A stretch of 64,000 nucleotides of DNA from Fimbriosthenelais zetlandica (Eukaryota): the NCBI GenBank assembly GCA_977030845.1, contig OZ365113.1, positions 37,944,001 through 38,008,000 of the forward strand, in the 5' to 3' direction. The notes below the pieces were generated by a model, which saw only the letters and a program-made list of their open reading frames with translations, did not search any database and was not told where the DNA came from. Both the position numbers and the translations under genes were made by a program. Shown piece after piece: positions 36,971 to 52,000 of the stretch (within the stretch, counting starts at the first letter, position 1; the number at the start of each line of letters is the position of its first letter).

Positions 36971-39900
36971 AAATTAGTCAGGAGCGAAGATGAGTAGGTC
37001 CAAAGAGTTGCGTACGTGATCGATTGATAAGAGTAGTAACTGTATTTCGGAAATACATCAGTGAAATTATTGATGAAATCACAAAGTTAACCGAGTAAAA
37101 GATTGATAATCACAGTTTAGTTTAGGTGAGGTTTGAAGTAGGCCCGAAGTTGAATGGTGACGATGTTTACATGTCACGGCTATCCCATACATGTGTATGT
37201 AAGACGTCCAACAGTTGAGGACAGTAGAGATGGATTCTGATTTATACTGGCGAACCCTGCCCACACACCCAGTGCTGCTTCCAGCCAGTGCGCACATCAC
37301 GAAGGGCCAAGGTATGTAATGCAAAAGATTATATTACAAATTGCAAAAGTAAAAGGCTCTGAGCAAAATGACTGAGCAAATCAACTATCGGGTAATAATC
37401 AGATATCTAAACCGAATAATTCGATATCTAAAACGTTTTCTTCATTTACATTAAATATACCCATCATTTAGTCCCAGAATTATACTTTTTTTTTTAACCA
37501 AAAAGCAACATTAATTCCCTCTTAATAAATGGATGAGACGGGTTTTGAGAACAGTATTTTACATTTTATTCACAAGAATTTTTGTACAAATCATATAAAA
37601 TTAAATAAGTTGAATAATTCATCTTATGAGGTAAAAAATAAGTCAGTGTTTCACTGGGCACGTTCTCATTCAGAGTATAAAATATATTAGATGGAAATGT
37701 AGGTCCTCTAAGAACCTCCAAGTACACTCATCAGTGCTGAAGACACTTACTTCCCTATAATAAGAACATCTCTCTTCTCGAGTCTGGCCTTTGGGCCTTC
37801 AAATTCACAATTCTCGTAAAAATTCTCATAAAACACCAGCACTATTCATTTCAATTTATGCAAATCTCATTCTTCCATATACTCATTTTTCTAGTAATAT
37901 TTCAAGGGGATATTTAAGATAAATCCCAATTTTCACGACCATTGGCTAGAATAATAGGTGGTTCATTCCCTGGAAACATTTCCGGCTTTGGGCAGTTGGG
38001 TAAGTCATGTATTTGAACATTTTTTTTTGACTATATAGGACATTATATCACATTAAAATGTATATTCTTCAGATGACTCTTTTGGAACTGTGATTGGCCA
38101 TTGCTAAATATTCAAATGCTCCAGTCATGGAGTTTCAGCATCGATACTTTGTATGAACATAGATATATAATGAGGGAACTAGGTCCCCCAACACTGGAAA
38201 CCAGTTAAATACCATTTTGATTCAATGGCAATTATTTGAACACATACGGTGGGAAAATATAAATGAGCAACTGCTTTGGAAATAGTCCAAATAGCGATAA
38301 TGATATGTGTAACGAGTACAAGCCTCACCATTGATGGATCGTAATATTTTGCATCACATTTGTTATCGTCGTATCAAAAAAAACGTTAAGTACGTTTGAA
38401 TATTCCTCTTACAATATAAGTTCACACATAATAATTTTTAAATGATTAATGAATATATGATTAGTGTATTGTAATGGCAGTGAGTGTTTTAGATAATTAT
38501 ATAAATGATATATATGTAGTCAATTATTCTTTCATCTATCGCTCAAATTAATCCGTTCAAAAGCACTCATGAAGAATATAACAGTAAAAGCTCACACACC
38601 ATACATTTTCCTCTTAATAATGAGAAAGCAATCATAGAATCACTGGTCCCATTTTGAAATGTATACCAAATTAATAACACAATCCCTGATATAGTTCTAG
38701 CTCCTCCCTCAGTTCTCTCCACATTTTCTTTAATATAAATAATCCTCATTCTAACAATAATAAAAATAAGGAAAAAAAATAGTTAATAATTGACGATTCA
38801 TGAACACATCTACCTAGCATACAAAAAGCAAGAAATATTTTTCCTATAGAGCCAAACATACAGATCAGACTTACACCTGTTGCCCTCATGTGCAATTCTA
38901 CAATCTAAAGGCCGTTTTTCTTTCCTACGCTTCAGTCAGCATAACACACATAGTTTCACGTAAATCGATTTATCACTAAGTATAAAATCTTAGAATAAAT
39001 TAAAACCTAGCAGGACGTTAGAACGTCATAAGTTAAATCTATTTTAAATCAGATTTGCCTCAGTTCATTTGCTTAATGCTAATTGCATTGCCACTTATAT
39101 GGATTGAATATTTTACGAACAGGCTCTCCTATTATAGGAGGAACGGTATTCAGTTTCATTATTATTCTAACTGTGGCTAGTAAAATAATATGGGATATTT
39201 GTACCCCAAAATATTAGAATATTAGTTCTCATATTATACATTAAAATCAAGGTGCAAGAGAGATGAACTGAAAGTTCACTGTACACACTTGTTATATATA
39301 TATTTCAACTTAAATCAAGACTATGACACACACTGTACATAAAATCTACTATACAATCATCCCTCTTTTTCAAGCAAACAAACCTCCGCCATTCTTGGCC
39401 GCCTGGGGCCTTATAACAGACGGGTAGGATAAGCATACTCAAACACCATTATCTATATACATTCACAGCGATTCCCACCTTGCAGAAAGCCATTCATCCC
39501 AAGAATTATAATTGTCTTATTTCCAATATAGAATTGAAGGGGCACTAATTGAATAACTCCCCAAAAACATGTGTAAATATTGTAAGGCACTAAGGTAATA
39601 TTAATCGGGTGAAAAATTCATAAAAACTTCCAAGTAGAGGAAATGGAAAAAATTCTCTCACACTTTCCTTGACTACATACATTTATCTTTAATAAATTCC
39701 TATAAGGTCATGCAACTTGAAATTTAGCCCTTTTGGAATATTCTTGGAATGTCTGAGACATTAACATTTTTGCCTTTGAAAGACATCTTGATTGACAGGA
39801 GAAAAATGCCCATTTTGACCAAGTATTTGGCACTTTGTTCACATTAATTAGTTATAATTACAAAGACACAATATGGAGTAATTGTCCTATTTTTGATTCC

Positions 39901-40054
39901 TAATATGTACCAGATATCAGCACCAAGGGTGTTTTTTGTCTTAGCCTAACAATGACTGGATCTGACGCTATTCCCGTCCACCATAATGTAGGAGACTTAT
40001 AACGTATCAGACAGTACATTGAGTATTGCAGCAGTGATATAGACAGGGTGGGGG

Positions 40055-43000
40055 TTACTCGCAGGACGCTCGTTGCTTGCCCTTGCTTTGTGGAGGTGTA
40101 ATAATTCCGGGGATGTTCTTTGTGTAGTCAGGACTCGCCCGGGATGAAGTTTCTACTTGGGTTTGCCGCGCTTGTGATCGCTCCTACAAAGAAAACCAAA
40201 AATTATTAGTTATCAAATTTAATATTCCACTTCAAATTAACTTTCAATTTCTGTAGAATTTAATTCTTTGTTCCAAACATTGTATTTTCCAAATACACAT
40301 GTACCTCTGATTTATTCTCCTGAATTAAAATGTTTAACGCAAAGAAATCATTGCAAATTACTGTCAATGCTCGAGGGAAACGTTTATTGGAAATTTCTTT
40401 GTGTCCAGAAAAGGAAGATTACTTACCAACAAAGACAGATCGACGCTGTGCGTTTGGATGTTGTGAGCATCTTCAGATGCAACTTGAGAGAAGAATTTTA
40501 ATTCTTCAGGGCCGACTTCCCTTAGAGTTGTAGCAAACGGTGTCATCCATGTGACGCATGCTGCTATGTCTAACCACTGATAACCTGTTGAAACAAAAAC
40601 AAATCATTTTAAAAACTGTTCCTTTACTTCACAATCAATCTCATTAACTTGCTCTATACTAAATCTTTACAAAATAAACGAATTATTTCCGAACTGGAAT
40701 TGAGAAATAAGCTTACCTGATACTGCTAGCGCTACAGCCTCTGATGTGATGTGGTACATGGCAGAGGTGGCGAGTATACTATAGGAAAACTGTAGACTTC
40801 CAAAGTCTAGGAAACACAGGTCTAAAAGCTGGAAGAAAAGAAACAAAACATAAGTCAAACTTACAAGGAGAAGGAATCAACATTCATAGGTACATGTGCT
40901 AGTAGAATCTCTGCCTATCCAAAAACATTTAAATTTAAATTTTGAGGAAGTTGATAGATTATATGATAAATTGATTCCTATATAAGATACTTACTCTAGC
41001 TATTTGGATGAAGGCATGTTGGGAATATTGGGGGACAATGAAGCTCTGCTCTTTCTCCTCCATACTCTCTAGGTTCACCAGTTGCATATATACATTGATC
41101 CAGGAGTTGACAGTTAATGGAGACAAGTCCCAGTTGAGCACTTTGAGCAGCACCAGTTCCTGCTCGAGGATTTCTTTTTCTGTACAGGCACCATCGGTCA
41201 CATAGGCGAACTCCGCTAACCGGGGTGGGTAGATTTCCTGAAGGAATAAAGAAATGTAAGCTTTCATGAAAAACCGTCATAGAAAATTCCTTATGGCCTT
41301 TTTTTTTAAACTTGAAATTTGGCTTAAGAAAGTATTCTTAAATGTTAGCAGCCATTAATAACAGAATTCATTAAAAAGAACTCATTTAAAAGAGAGTAAA
41401 TGTATCCAAAGAATTAAAATACAAGCAGTCAAAAGTTATAATTATTCAGATAATACATTGTAAGCGCAGGTACGCACCTCTAGTTTGGCTGAGATGAAGA
41501 GAGATGTAATTCCTATAAGTTGTAGTTGTTGTTTGTGAATGCTTGTTGATTGTGAGAGGTAGCGGTCTATGAAGTCCACGGCCAGGTAGAACGTCTCCCT
41601 GTGAAGTCTGTACACCTCACACACCTGTAACAAAGCAAGTAATTATTTAGCAAATTGATCACATATATTTATCAAATTTCTGTCATCATCTCTTTTCCAG
41701 ACCCAGTCAAAAGAAAAGCACCTTTTCCAATCCAAAGAAATGTACCAAAGTACCGGTAAGCCATATTTAGCCTTACAGCCTTTATTTAATAGCTATGAAA
41801 AATTATTTTTCTCAGTCAAATTTTCATTAGATATTGGTGAAATGAATAATTGTACATATACTCAGTTTTAACACTTAAATTTTTAGTTTTTTAAATTGAC
41901 TATAACATTTTTAAATTGAATATAAAATTAAGTCAATTTAAAAAAATACTATTAAAGTTAAACCTACCTCTATTAACCAGTCAAGAAGTATACTCCTCAT
42001 ACGAGCTTGTAAAGTGGCGTGTCGCTTCAATAAGCCGTAATCTCGGACGTACTTCTCTTCCTTCTGTAACATACCCGTCCACAGCTCCTTGGAGTCAGCC
42101 CAGTGTAGACTGGGGAGCGGGGACTGGCGCATTGAGATGGGGGTGGTGAAGTAGTTCTGGAACCTGAAGGTAGATCCCGTCAGGGCATGTTTAGGCGTGG
42201 TGCTTGGTTCTGGACACCGACTAGAGGTTGATGTGGTGGTGGTGGTGGTGGTGGTTGATGTGGTGGCATGGTTCTCCTCACCCGGGCTCTTGGTGGGACT
42301 TGTGGGCACGATGGCGGACGTGGCAACTGACGAGTGAAGCGAGATGGGGATCCATTGATTCTGTAAGAGAAAATCAATAAATTAATACATCGATAAATAC
42401 AGGAAATATTACCAATAAAATTCCCAGACCACGTGTCGAAGAATTTCCCAGGAAGCTATCTTTTCTTGAGTAATGGCACCAGGACATTCTAAAAAATATA
42501 TCTTTTCTCCAAAATGATACAATAAATGTACATTTCAAAACCTACTTATAAGAAATTGGGGTTTTAGCATCAGAAGAGATAGTCGGTATTGAATGAGGTT
42601 GAAATTAACACAGATGAATGAATTTTTGGAGGTAAAGACCCCCATTAGTGTTAGTTTCTGTTGATAATTATCCCACATTGTCACCGCGTGGTGTCATTTT
42701 AGGATTAGTTTCATAAGAGGATTAGTATCTTCCCACCGAGTCTTCTGAAACATGTCATTAAAAGACATCAAATAAAAGTCCCCTCTTATATGAACCCTTT
42801 ATTTTCACCTAATCATCTATGAAAATACTGTCAAGAAAATAGGTGTCAACTCCATTCATCCTAAAAAGAACTATACCTGGTATTACCATGATGACATTTT
42901 TAGATTTAATAACAGACAAATTTAAGTCACAGAATCACTCAATGAACATGAGCTTAAAATATATCAGAAAATTGAAATGAAACGAAAATTTCACCCAAAA

Positions 43001-46000
43001 TAAATGGATGGAGGACCATGTGGTTTTGCTATATTTAGAACGCTGTCTCCAGTCATAGGATTCTGCGGTCGGGGAGAGCGTGCAATGTGACGTCATCGGA
43101 CATACATGGGGTCAAATCCCCTGGTGTGTACTAGGGGAAAATACCACTACCCCTGTATAGTAGGGTCAACTCGTACATAGAAGGGTCAGCCTCCCCCCCC
43201 CCCCCCCCCCCCCCACAACTCCTTGCCCCATAAGACATTATGTAAGATGCCCAATATACACACCAAAATCCATAAAATGTAAATTTCCTTTATCTAGATT
43301 ACTCAATGACTATCTCGCTAAGTAAAATGCCACTTAAAGTCTCTTTCAAGTAGTGTCATTTACTTCCAATGTGGAATTCATCATCTTAAGAACTTTGGCA
43401 CGTGAGTGCATGCCATGCCACCGGAAACAAGTTTTTTCCCTCTCAGACCAATTATTTTCTTAATGCTTCACATTTACCGCCGCCATTTTTAAAACCCATT
43501 TCTTCCAATATACCAATTGGACTGAGGAAACTTTCTTAATGATAAAGAGATAACTGGGAGATTTCGGCAATTGGAAATCAGCAGGAGGAATGGGCAATCC
43601 ATCATTGGTAGGTATCAGGTAGGGGTGTCCTTATCTATAAGGTAGATTACTTTACATAGATTATATTCACTCACCGAGCTCTCAGAGACTGTAGATTGAG
43701 GTACACTGTCTTTGGTAGGGATATCCTCATCAGAACTTTCCTTACAAGCCTGGCGAGGTTTCTCTTTAGATTGTTCTTGTGATTTTTCTCTACATGTGTC
43801 AAGATTAGAACGACTAGAGGTATGACTGGACCTTTGGGTTAGTCTTCTAGGAGGTTGCTTAACTCTCCTTGAACTGTTTCTCCTGAGAATTCTTGGTCTT
43901 TTAGCTGCTGCAGCTTTCTGTTCTTCTGCTTTATTCTCCTCCTCTGTCTTGGCCTTTTTAGCCGGGGGTGGACCGCCTTGGGCCTGGTCAAGGACGACCT
44001 CTGTTTCGCCTGAGTCGGGGACTCCCATCTTCATTTAGTGACCGTGGGGGAATAGGTCTGGAGTGACGGGATGTGGGCCTGGGGAAGGCCGGGAGGGGAA
44101 GTGACACCCGGACGGGAATGAATGGTTTTAGGGAAGGAGAGAGTACCAGCTCCCACCTTCTCCTCCAGCAGCCTCCGGGGGGGATGCCCCTTGTCACCTG
44201 TATTTTTATGATGTTGGAAATGCACAGGTAAAACCCAGGCTGAGTGTGGAGTAGCGCTGGGAGGCTGAACAGCCTGGTGTATTAGCCCTAGGGAAGTGCA
44301 GGCTACTCCAAGCCAACACCTGATAAGGCTACAGGTGTGTTCTACTCCCAGTATAGCAATGAGAGAGACTGGGGACTATACACACTGAATCACCAATGTC
44401 CAAAATAACTCTAAAGTCCCAATATAAATCCTAATGTATAAGTATAATCCAATGGTAATAAGTCACTTTCTCGGTAAAAAATTGAGAATGAAGGTTTTGG
44501 TGTAGCGTTGACTAGTATGAAGGCATGTATAAGGTGTCCCCCATTAAGCCGGCCGCCTAAAATAAGTGGACCTTTCTCCTCGTCCCGCGCTGGCCTACAA
44601 CTTAATGTTGCATGGGTGGCTGGGGTTTGGCGCGGGGGTGCAACAATGTGGTGGTATGGACCGTCCGATCATCCTTGCCTTTACTTAAGCGGGTAGGTCC
44701 TTCTCCAAGGAACAGATGAATGAAAGTGTGTCCAAATATTCAGCACCAAGCTCTATATACTAGAGATAAATCCACATGGTGGAGTTAGAGGGGTAAGATG
44801 GAGTGAGGGAATGGGTCCACTATTGTCCTCTCTCTGTGTGTAGGTATCTCCGTGGGTGAATGAATACATGTGACCTAGCCTAAGCCTAGGAGATGACTGG
44901 GTAGCAGCTGGTCTGGAAACGTGAGTGTATGCGTGAGGGGTGGGTGGGTGGTGTGTGTGTGCAACAGCATGACCATATACCCCCCCCCCCCCCTAACCCA
45001 CCCATACGCCCCGCCCACCCACCCACCTGCGGGGCTTGGTTCAGCATCTCCCGTACCTGTAGCTGCGACCAACCTCACCCCCCCCCCCCCCCCCCCAGCC
45101 CCCCTCCCACCGCACGCATACATTCACACCCCCACTACTCTTTAGGCCCGAGTTTTAGGCTTCAGGAGGTCACCAAAAGTTGGAGTCGGCCTTATGTTAG
45201 GATGCGGGGGTGGGTGGGGGAGGTCACATTAAAAAGGGCTACTAATTTCAGTCAATCTATGAATTAAACCAATAGAAAATCAACTATTCTTCTGTGGCAG
45301 AAGTTTTTTGAAATAAACAAAAATCCGGTTTTATGCCGAATTATTTGGCAAAAAAGGCGGCAAAATCTGCGCAAATTTATTTCGAAAAGTTTAAAGCTCA
45401 AAAAGCGGGAAATCTCGGGCTTCTGCGCAAATTTAGCAAGAACAGGAATTCTGATGAATTGAACATAAGGGTGGCTGAGGAAGGGTAAAGGTGGGGGCCC
45501 AGACAGGTAACCCAAGTTTGGTAGTGACCCCCCTTGTTCTCTAGTAGTATGACAACTAGTGGTCAATTGTCATTGTTGTCATGTCATTGTTTGTGGAGAG
45601 ACCATGGCAAGGTGGGAGGGGTGGGGGGTGAGGGACACAGAGGGTCAGACAGGGGGAGCGACTTTTTAGCGACATCAGCGCCTCTCACACCTATACATTG
45701 TGATGTAATAATTCACAATTCATACATGTAATATTTCTGGCGCCTCAATTGACACTTGTTGCTCCCACTCATTTACATATTGTTCGCCTTGCATTCGTCA
45801 GCTTTTCCCTAAAAGGGAAACACAAATCCCCCTCTCCAAGTAAGATTTTCACCCACTTGAAGACTTCATTGTCTTGAACTTCAATTCTTTCATCCGTATA
45901 TCAATGACTCAATTCAATAATTTAATTTGCCTTTTTCCCTTTCTCGAATCAAAGTAGACTAAAGGCCGAAAGGGAATTAATTTAATTAAGGAATTTTATT

Positions 46001-49000
46001 CCGTTTCCCGTACCGGAAAATTATCTTTAATTGGAGACATATATAAAAGAACAGATAAAATATTTCCTGTTTCGGGTCTCTTTTACAAATTCCAATGCAC
46101 CCTTCTCACTATAGGAGTCTGGGGGCCATTACAGCCCTCTTCCTGCCTCGCACCCATTGGACAGATACATCCCGTTCTGGGTAATTTGTTATGCGTTACT
46201 ATGACAACTAAGTATGGCTGAGAGTAGAATAATAGTGAGGGTAGAACCAGCGGGTGGCTGGGGTACAGATGGATGTCCACATGCACCATAAAATGCAACC
46301 ACAGCATATAATGCTAGACTAGTGCATCACCCTCATGCGTTTAGGGAAAACCAAATTTTTTTCCCCAAAATCTTTCAAAACTGAAATTAACTACACTGTG
46401 CACAAAAGAAGAAAATTTATTAATATTTTGGATACAAATTCCCCCAATTTATTGAGTAAATTTGCTCACGAGTTTTCTGATTTTTAAGTTAAACCCGGAC
46501 CAGCGCAAGTCTTGCATCTCGAAGGTCCTGACATACCTAATTATGGTACAAATCATTCCCTATCGATGACATATTTGTTAGAGGTCCAATTAAGACATCT
46601 TTCCAGCAGAGAGGAAGATGCTGAGGTAACTAATGTATAGAGAAATATCTGGCATGTTAGTAATTAGCACCAAGTTTTCAGACTGGACGGCATTGCTGAG
46701 ACGCAGGACGTAGGAAATGAGGGGTAAGATTATGTAAGACCAGACTAACAGATGTGCAGTGAAGGAGAAATCATTTGTGCAGTTCCTTGGTGAAATTTCA
46801 GGGGGAGGAGATGGGTGTTGGGTTAGACTGAGCTTCGGTGTACAAAAAAGAAAAGCCCCCCAGCAAAAATTATATTAGCCTAAAAGGTACTGGGATACAT
46901 CTATAGGCTTAAAAGGTTATAGGGGCGCAGAGATCATAGATTAGAAAGATATTATAGAAATGTCTCCATTACAAGTTTTAAATCTGAGAGAAATTATGCG
47001 AAAATGCAGAGATGGAGAAGATTGCCATTAGGGCATCTAGTCGCAGATTTATACCAAGGGTATTTCCGCTAAATTCTGGGGGTGTTGGCCCCTGTTAAAT
47101 CAGATTCTGGAAACATTATTGTAGGGAATTCACAATTTGTCTAATGAATTTCCAGAGGGAAAACCCGTCAACGGTTCATTTTGCAAATCGATATTGATAA
47201 AAACTTTCATTTATCATGAAAGTATTCCCGTGCTTATTCATGTCTTTGAGCTTTCCTCAGAGTTACGCCATCAAGGTTCTATTTATCAGGGATTCATTAG
47301 ATATATGAGGCTTGGAGGGGGGGGGGGGGGGGGTATTTCTATGCATTTCCTCTCCTTTGATAACCAGAAGTAGGCTTCACTTATTGTAGTCAGAGCTCTA
47401 TCAACATCCAGCCATACCCGTACATAAAGCTGAATACTTCTGATAAACATGTGGGTTTGTTTGCCAGAACCAGCGACTGTTCACTTCTAAGTGATGCTGA
47501 GCGCAACAGAAACCATGCGGTCCGACAACAAGGCCAGACAGACTGCTGAAATCTTTTGAGGTTTCACAAGACAAACGTCCTAAAGAAGTCAGGAAGCTGG
47601 CTTCCAGACCCAGGTTAGCCAAGTTTGGTTTGGAGTTTGTTCATTTCAGAATAAGTATCATGGGTTAGCTCCCTGAGCTTGAAACTTCCATAACCACTGA
47701 GAAAACTATGGTCCGATGCTTAGTAAGAAAAATGTTGGAAACATTTCAGTGCACTACCCTATAATATAGGGGCATCTTCTCAATACAAATATTTTCATGA
47801 TGTACATGACAGGCCTATAATGGACAGGTACAGGACTGCGAACTTTTCTACGAAATAAATTTCACCCAATTTCGACCAGTGAGGTCAAACAGTCGAATTG
47901 AGCGGCCCTGTATTAGAAGAAGATAAATTGCCTTGGCCTTAAACGTGAAGACCGACCTGTGAAGTCAAGCCTTGGTCCAGGAATTAAAGGCGAGAAGACT
48001 CAAAATGTGGAAGACAATCTGCGTCCAGCAATTTTTAGTTTCAACTTTGTCAATAATGTCATAATAAAAGATTGACAAAGGCAAAGTACCTCTACTATAC
48101 CTACTAATACAGTTAGGCCTAAGGGAGTTCCCATTAATAATTTTATTCTTAATCCCAGACACTATTACCTTGAGACAGGTAATAAAATGCCATGAAGTCA
48201 GCTCTGAGCCGAGGTAGAAGTCTGGTTATTCAGGTACCGAGACGAAGTGTATTTTTCTATGTATAGGTGCAGTAAAAGGATGTTATATCCCAGAAGCCCT
48301 CGGGTGAAATATGCCGAGGTGAGACTGGGGGACCTGCCGCATGTTGCACTTAGCACCGAACCTTAATGGCCTACATCCCAGCATAGAAAGTTACAATCAC
48401 ATCTTCACATGTGTTTCTACTTTATTTTTCCCAAATCAGAACTTCACTTTCCATTGAATTTTAGGCAGTTTAACTTTAAGAGTCAATTTTGAAAGGATTA
48501 TTATACAATTGAACAGCCTTTCTCCACTCACGGACTATAATTGGTCAGAAATATTGTTCTGTGCATATCATTGATTTTGAATTGTCTCAGAAAACAATTG
48601 TTGAGACTAGCTCTGACTATAATTGGTCAGAAATATTGTTCTGTGCTTACCATTGATTTGGAATTGTCTCAGAAAATAATTGTTGCGACTAGTATGGGGA
48701 GGAGCAATGCATGGGCTGTATCAATGGGTTTCAGTCAATCAAGGGGTTTTAGACTGAAATATGGTATTTACGGGGAGGGGCTTATGATTATGTAAGATGG
48801 GTATCATAATTAAGCTTAAAGCCCCTTAGGCCAGCCCACAGCTCTGTATCCGAGGCAAGAGGGTATATAGTATACCCATTTCCTGTCCATCCATAGATAC
48901 AAGAGACAGAAGGCTAGAGAAGGAGGGGACTGCAGCAATGACCAAGTTGTGGTCACCTCAGCCAAAAATAGAACCAGCGTAGGACCTGAGTGATGGAGGA

Positions 49001-52000
49001 GGAGGGTCTGGTATATAGGCTTGGACTGTGGTGCAGGGGTCAATGGGGCAGTGTGACCCACTATTCAGGTCACTATGAACCAGATAGCTTCCCCCGCCCT
49101 CCTCCTCACACCCACCCACCCACCCCCCCGCTCTGCAGGGCTCCCTCAACATGTCAGGCGGCACCGAATACATAGCGATAGTGGAAAACCACAAGGCCAA
49201 TAGAGCTTGTAAGTATATTTCTTGCATGTCAACTTATGTTTTTGATTTCAATCTAACAACTTTACAAGTTAACATGCATTAGAAAGCGCATGTTGCAAAA
49301 TATTTTTCTAATATAAATGGATGGGTTCTTTAAAAGGTTCCCACATAAATTGGAAAATCCAATTCCATAACTTCCCTGGAATTCCAAAACCAAAACATGG
49401 TAATTTCCAATGGAATTTTTTGCGGGTTTTTGGCGCACAGGTTCTTGTAATATAAACATCGTTGTTTTACTGTTTTACCACCTTAAAACAATAGTGTACC
49501 ACGCCGTAAGTAGCAACTGTATAAAGTTGATTTTCCATAACTTTTCAGAGGCGTCCCAAAACTTTTGCTAAAAATAACAGATTTCCATAACTTATTCTTC
49601 CACCATATTTTTTCAAGGATTTCCCCAAACCGTGGGAACACTGTCTTTAGAACCTCTTGAAACTTTCTCAAATGAAGATAATTAGCACTGATAATAGGCG
49701 GGGGTGGGTGGGATGGGGGGAGCGGGAGGGGGTGGGGGTGAAGAAAGGGAGGGGGGAATAGGGGTAGACCTTGATGTGTCGAGGAGTCGCCAGTGAAAAT
49801 GAAAGGTAGAACGAGTCCCATGCCGGTATACTGGCGTCAAATGCCAGGACCAAGATATTGCACGTGTTTGGTTTAATAATTAACTTGTCATATTGCATTC
49901 AGACAAGAACATTGTCGCCGGATGGGACACTCATCATTGTTCTTATTGATTGTATACCATTCAGTTAACAAACCAGAGTCAATTATCAGCTACATAATGA
50001 CCGCATGTCTACATCATTTCCATCAAACTTGTCCACTAAAAAGAGCAGTACAACAAGTGGTAAATTGTAAGCCCCAGTCTCTTGAGTTTGTTTCGATTTG
50101 AGATTTGAGGTAAGACAGAATCCTAGTGTGTCAAATACACCTGTACTATCAGGTCAGCCCGCATATATCTGGTTCAGTGATTTCCATAATATTCAAGATA
50201 GTCAACTTTTATGAGTTTTCTTCTTCAGGAATTCCATTCAGTCGGGCATTTTAACCCTTCAGGATCAAGAACAAGTTGTTTCTATTCTAAAAATTTCAAT
50301 TCTGAAATTGCAAACAATCCTAAGCTTTGTACCCAGTCTGTCCTGTTGCCCAGATTTAGTAGATACTTTACTGAATAAGAGCCAATTGAGATCCAAATTT
50401 CAAGATAGGACAGGGTGAGGTACATGTAGGTGGGTGATAAAAAGATCTAGGCAAAATGTAATGAAGAATTTGCTAAAATGAAACAAGGAAAAGGTCCATA
50501 CAATACTATACATTATTATACAGACGACATAGTGATGAAAGTAATAAATGGAAAGTCATGCTGACAAGACACTTTGAAGGTAAAAAAGATCAAGTTGATC
50601 AATAAAACTTACACTTGGAGGTTGCACACATCAACAAATATTTTTCCCACACTTTGGACACATTAATTTTCCTCCCACTCGCTTTATGAATAATAGTAAT
50701 ACCACGACATAACATGCCCACACATGCTCAGGATCAAAAATACATAACTGGGGTATGAAACTTATTGGCATTGGACCCAATGATGTAAGGAGTCATTTAT
50801 AGCAAGTAAATCAACAGAAGTTTTGCAGACATGTGAATAGGATGGAATATAAAATGTGCCAAATAATAAAGGTCATCACATTATAGGTCATAACATATGT
50901 AGAGTATATCCCAATGAAATACTTGCATGCAAGTGACATGGAAAAGAATCAGGGTGAAAATATGTAATACCTTCTTTTCATATGTAAATATCCAATGCGC
51001 TGCGTAAGGGGAAAAAGACAATTTTTTTTATAACCTTACCACCTACTACATTATTATTTTAGTGTCTTGAGAAAATGATTCCCATGGACCAATACACTAA
51101 CACAATAAAAACTGGATACTTATGCAATACACAAAACAGGCTCTGTATTTATATAAATTGCTGATTGGCACATTATTTTTAACGAAATACATTTTGATTC
51201 GAAACCAATATATATTACCAATAAAAGATACAAAATATCGATAAGACAATCGATCACCCTTGGTAGTCCTTCCTGGTTGCATATTCACGACATCAATATG
51301 CTCAGAGAGGCATTGTTTCCAAGCAATAAATTTCAATGAAAACTTCAAAATAATTAAAAAACCGGCGCACAGGCCCCTCGCCATAACCTTGGCTATTATT
51401 TGCAATCACTGTCAAGTTTCTGGGTTTCGATGGTCAAATGCTATTGAAAAATTATTGAAGAGAGAAATTTGGCGGGACTGCTCATGGCGCCAAGCCTGGC
51501 CTTAGATTGGCCTAGATCAGAAATTATAAACATCCAAGTTCAACATGAAAAATAATGCATGTCACTCACCTGGATCAGGAACTGATTCCTTCTCCTGGAA
51601 ACTTCATTAGTTCTTTCCAATTCCTGAAAATTTAAAATGTGAAATATTAGTAGGTAGTTGATTTTTGGACATTATAAATGAAGTTCATCTGAGGAGGGAC
51701 AAAGGGAGGAAATGTCAACCCAGATAACTCAGGCGGGGGAGGCTGACCCACATTCCGTATTTCAGCCCAGGGACACCCGAAATAAACTCATTTTACAATC
51801 TCTAAAATTCAAGGCAAAATTTCTCACCTCTTCTGCTTTTCTTTTCTTAGGTAGGGCTACCGATGTTTGAGCTCCATCTTCTGTCTTCCTCCTTGCAGGT
51901 CGTAAAATACTTCTGCAAAAATATGCACAGATTTTTAGTGGAGTTATTTCACTATCAACCACAGCCACGCAGGAGAACCGGTCGGGACAAAGGATGCGTT

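Noticed and set aside
37560-37640. CPE-like UUUUAU next to the candidate cyclin E polyA hexamer (37565-37570)
   Set aside because: Biologically plausible, but such words are expected by chance in this AT-rich UTR and the 3' end is unmapped.
43988-44197. Cassette exon in cyclin E from the AG at 44198, spliced to canonical exon 3
   Set aside because: In phase 0 this frame stops at 43988, and the acceptor lacks a pyrimidine tract; the region fits an alternative start better.
47401-47622. GC-richer stretch with short ORFs in cyclin E intron 3 as a nested gene or retroelement
   Set aside because: No reverse transcriptase, integrase or transposase motif is recognisable, and the frames close within about 75 codons.
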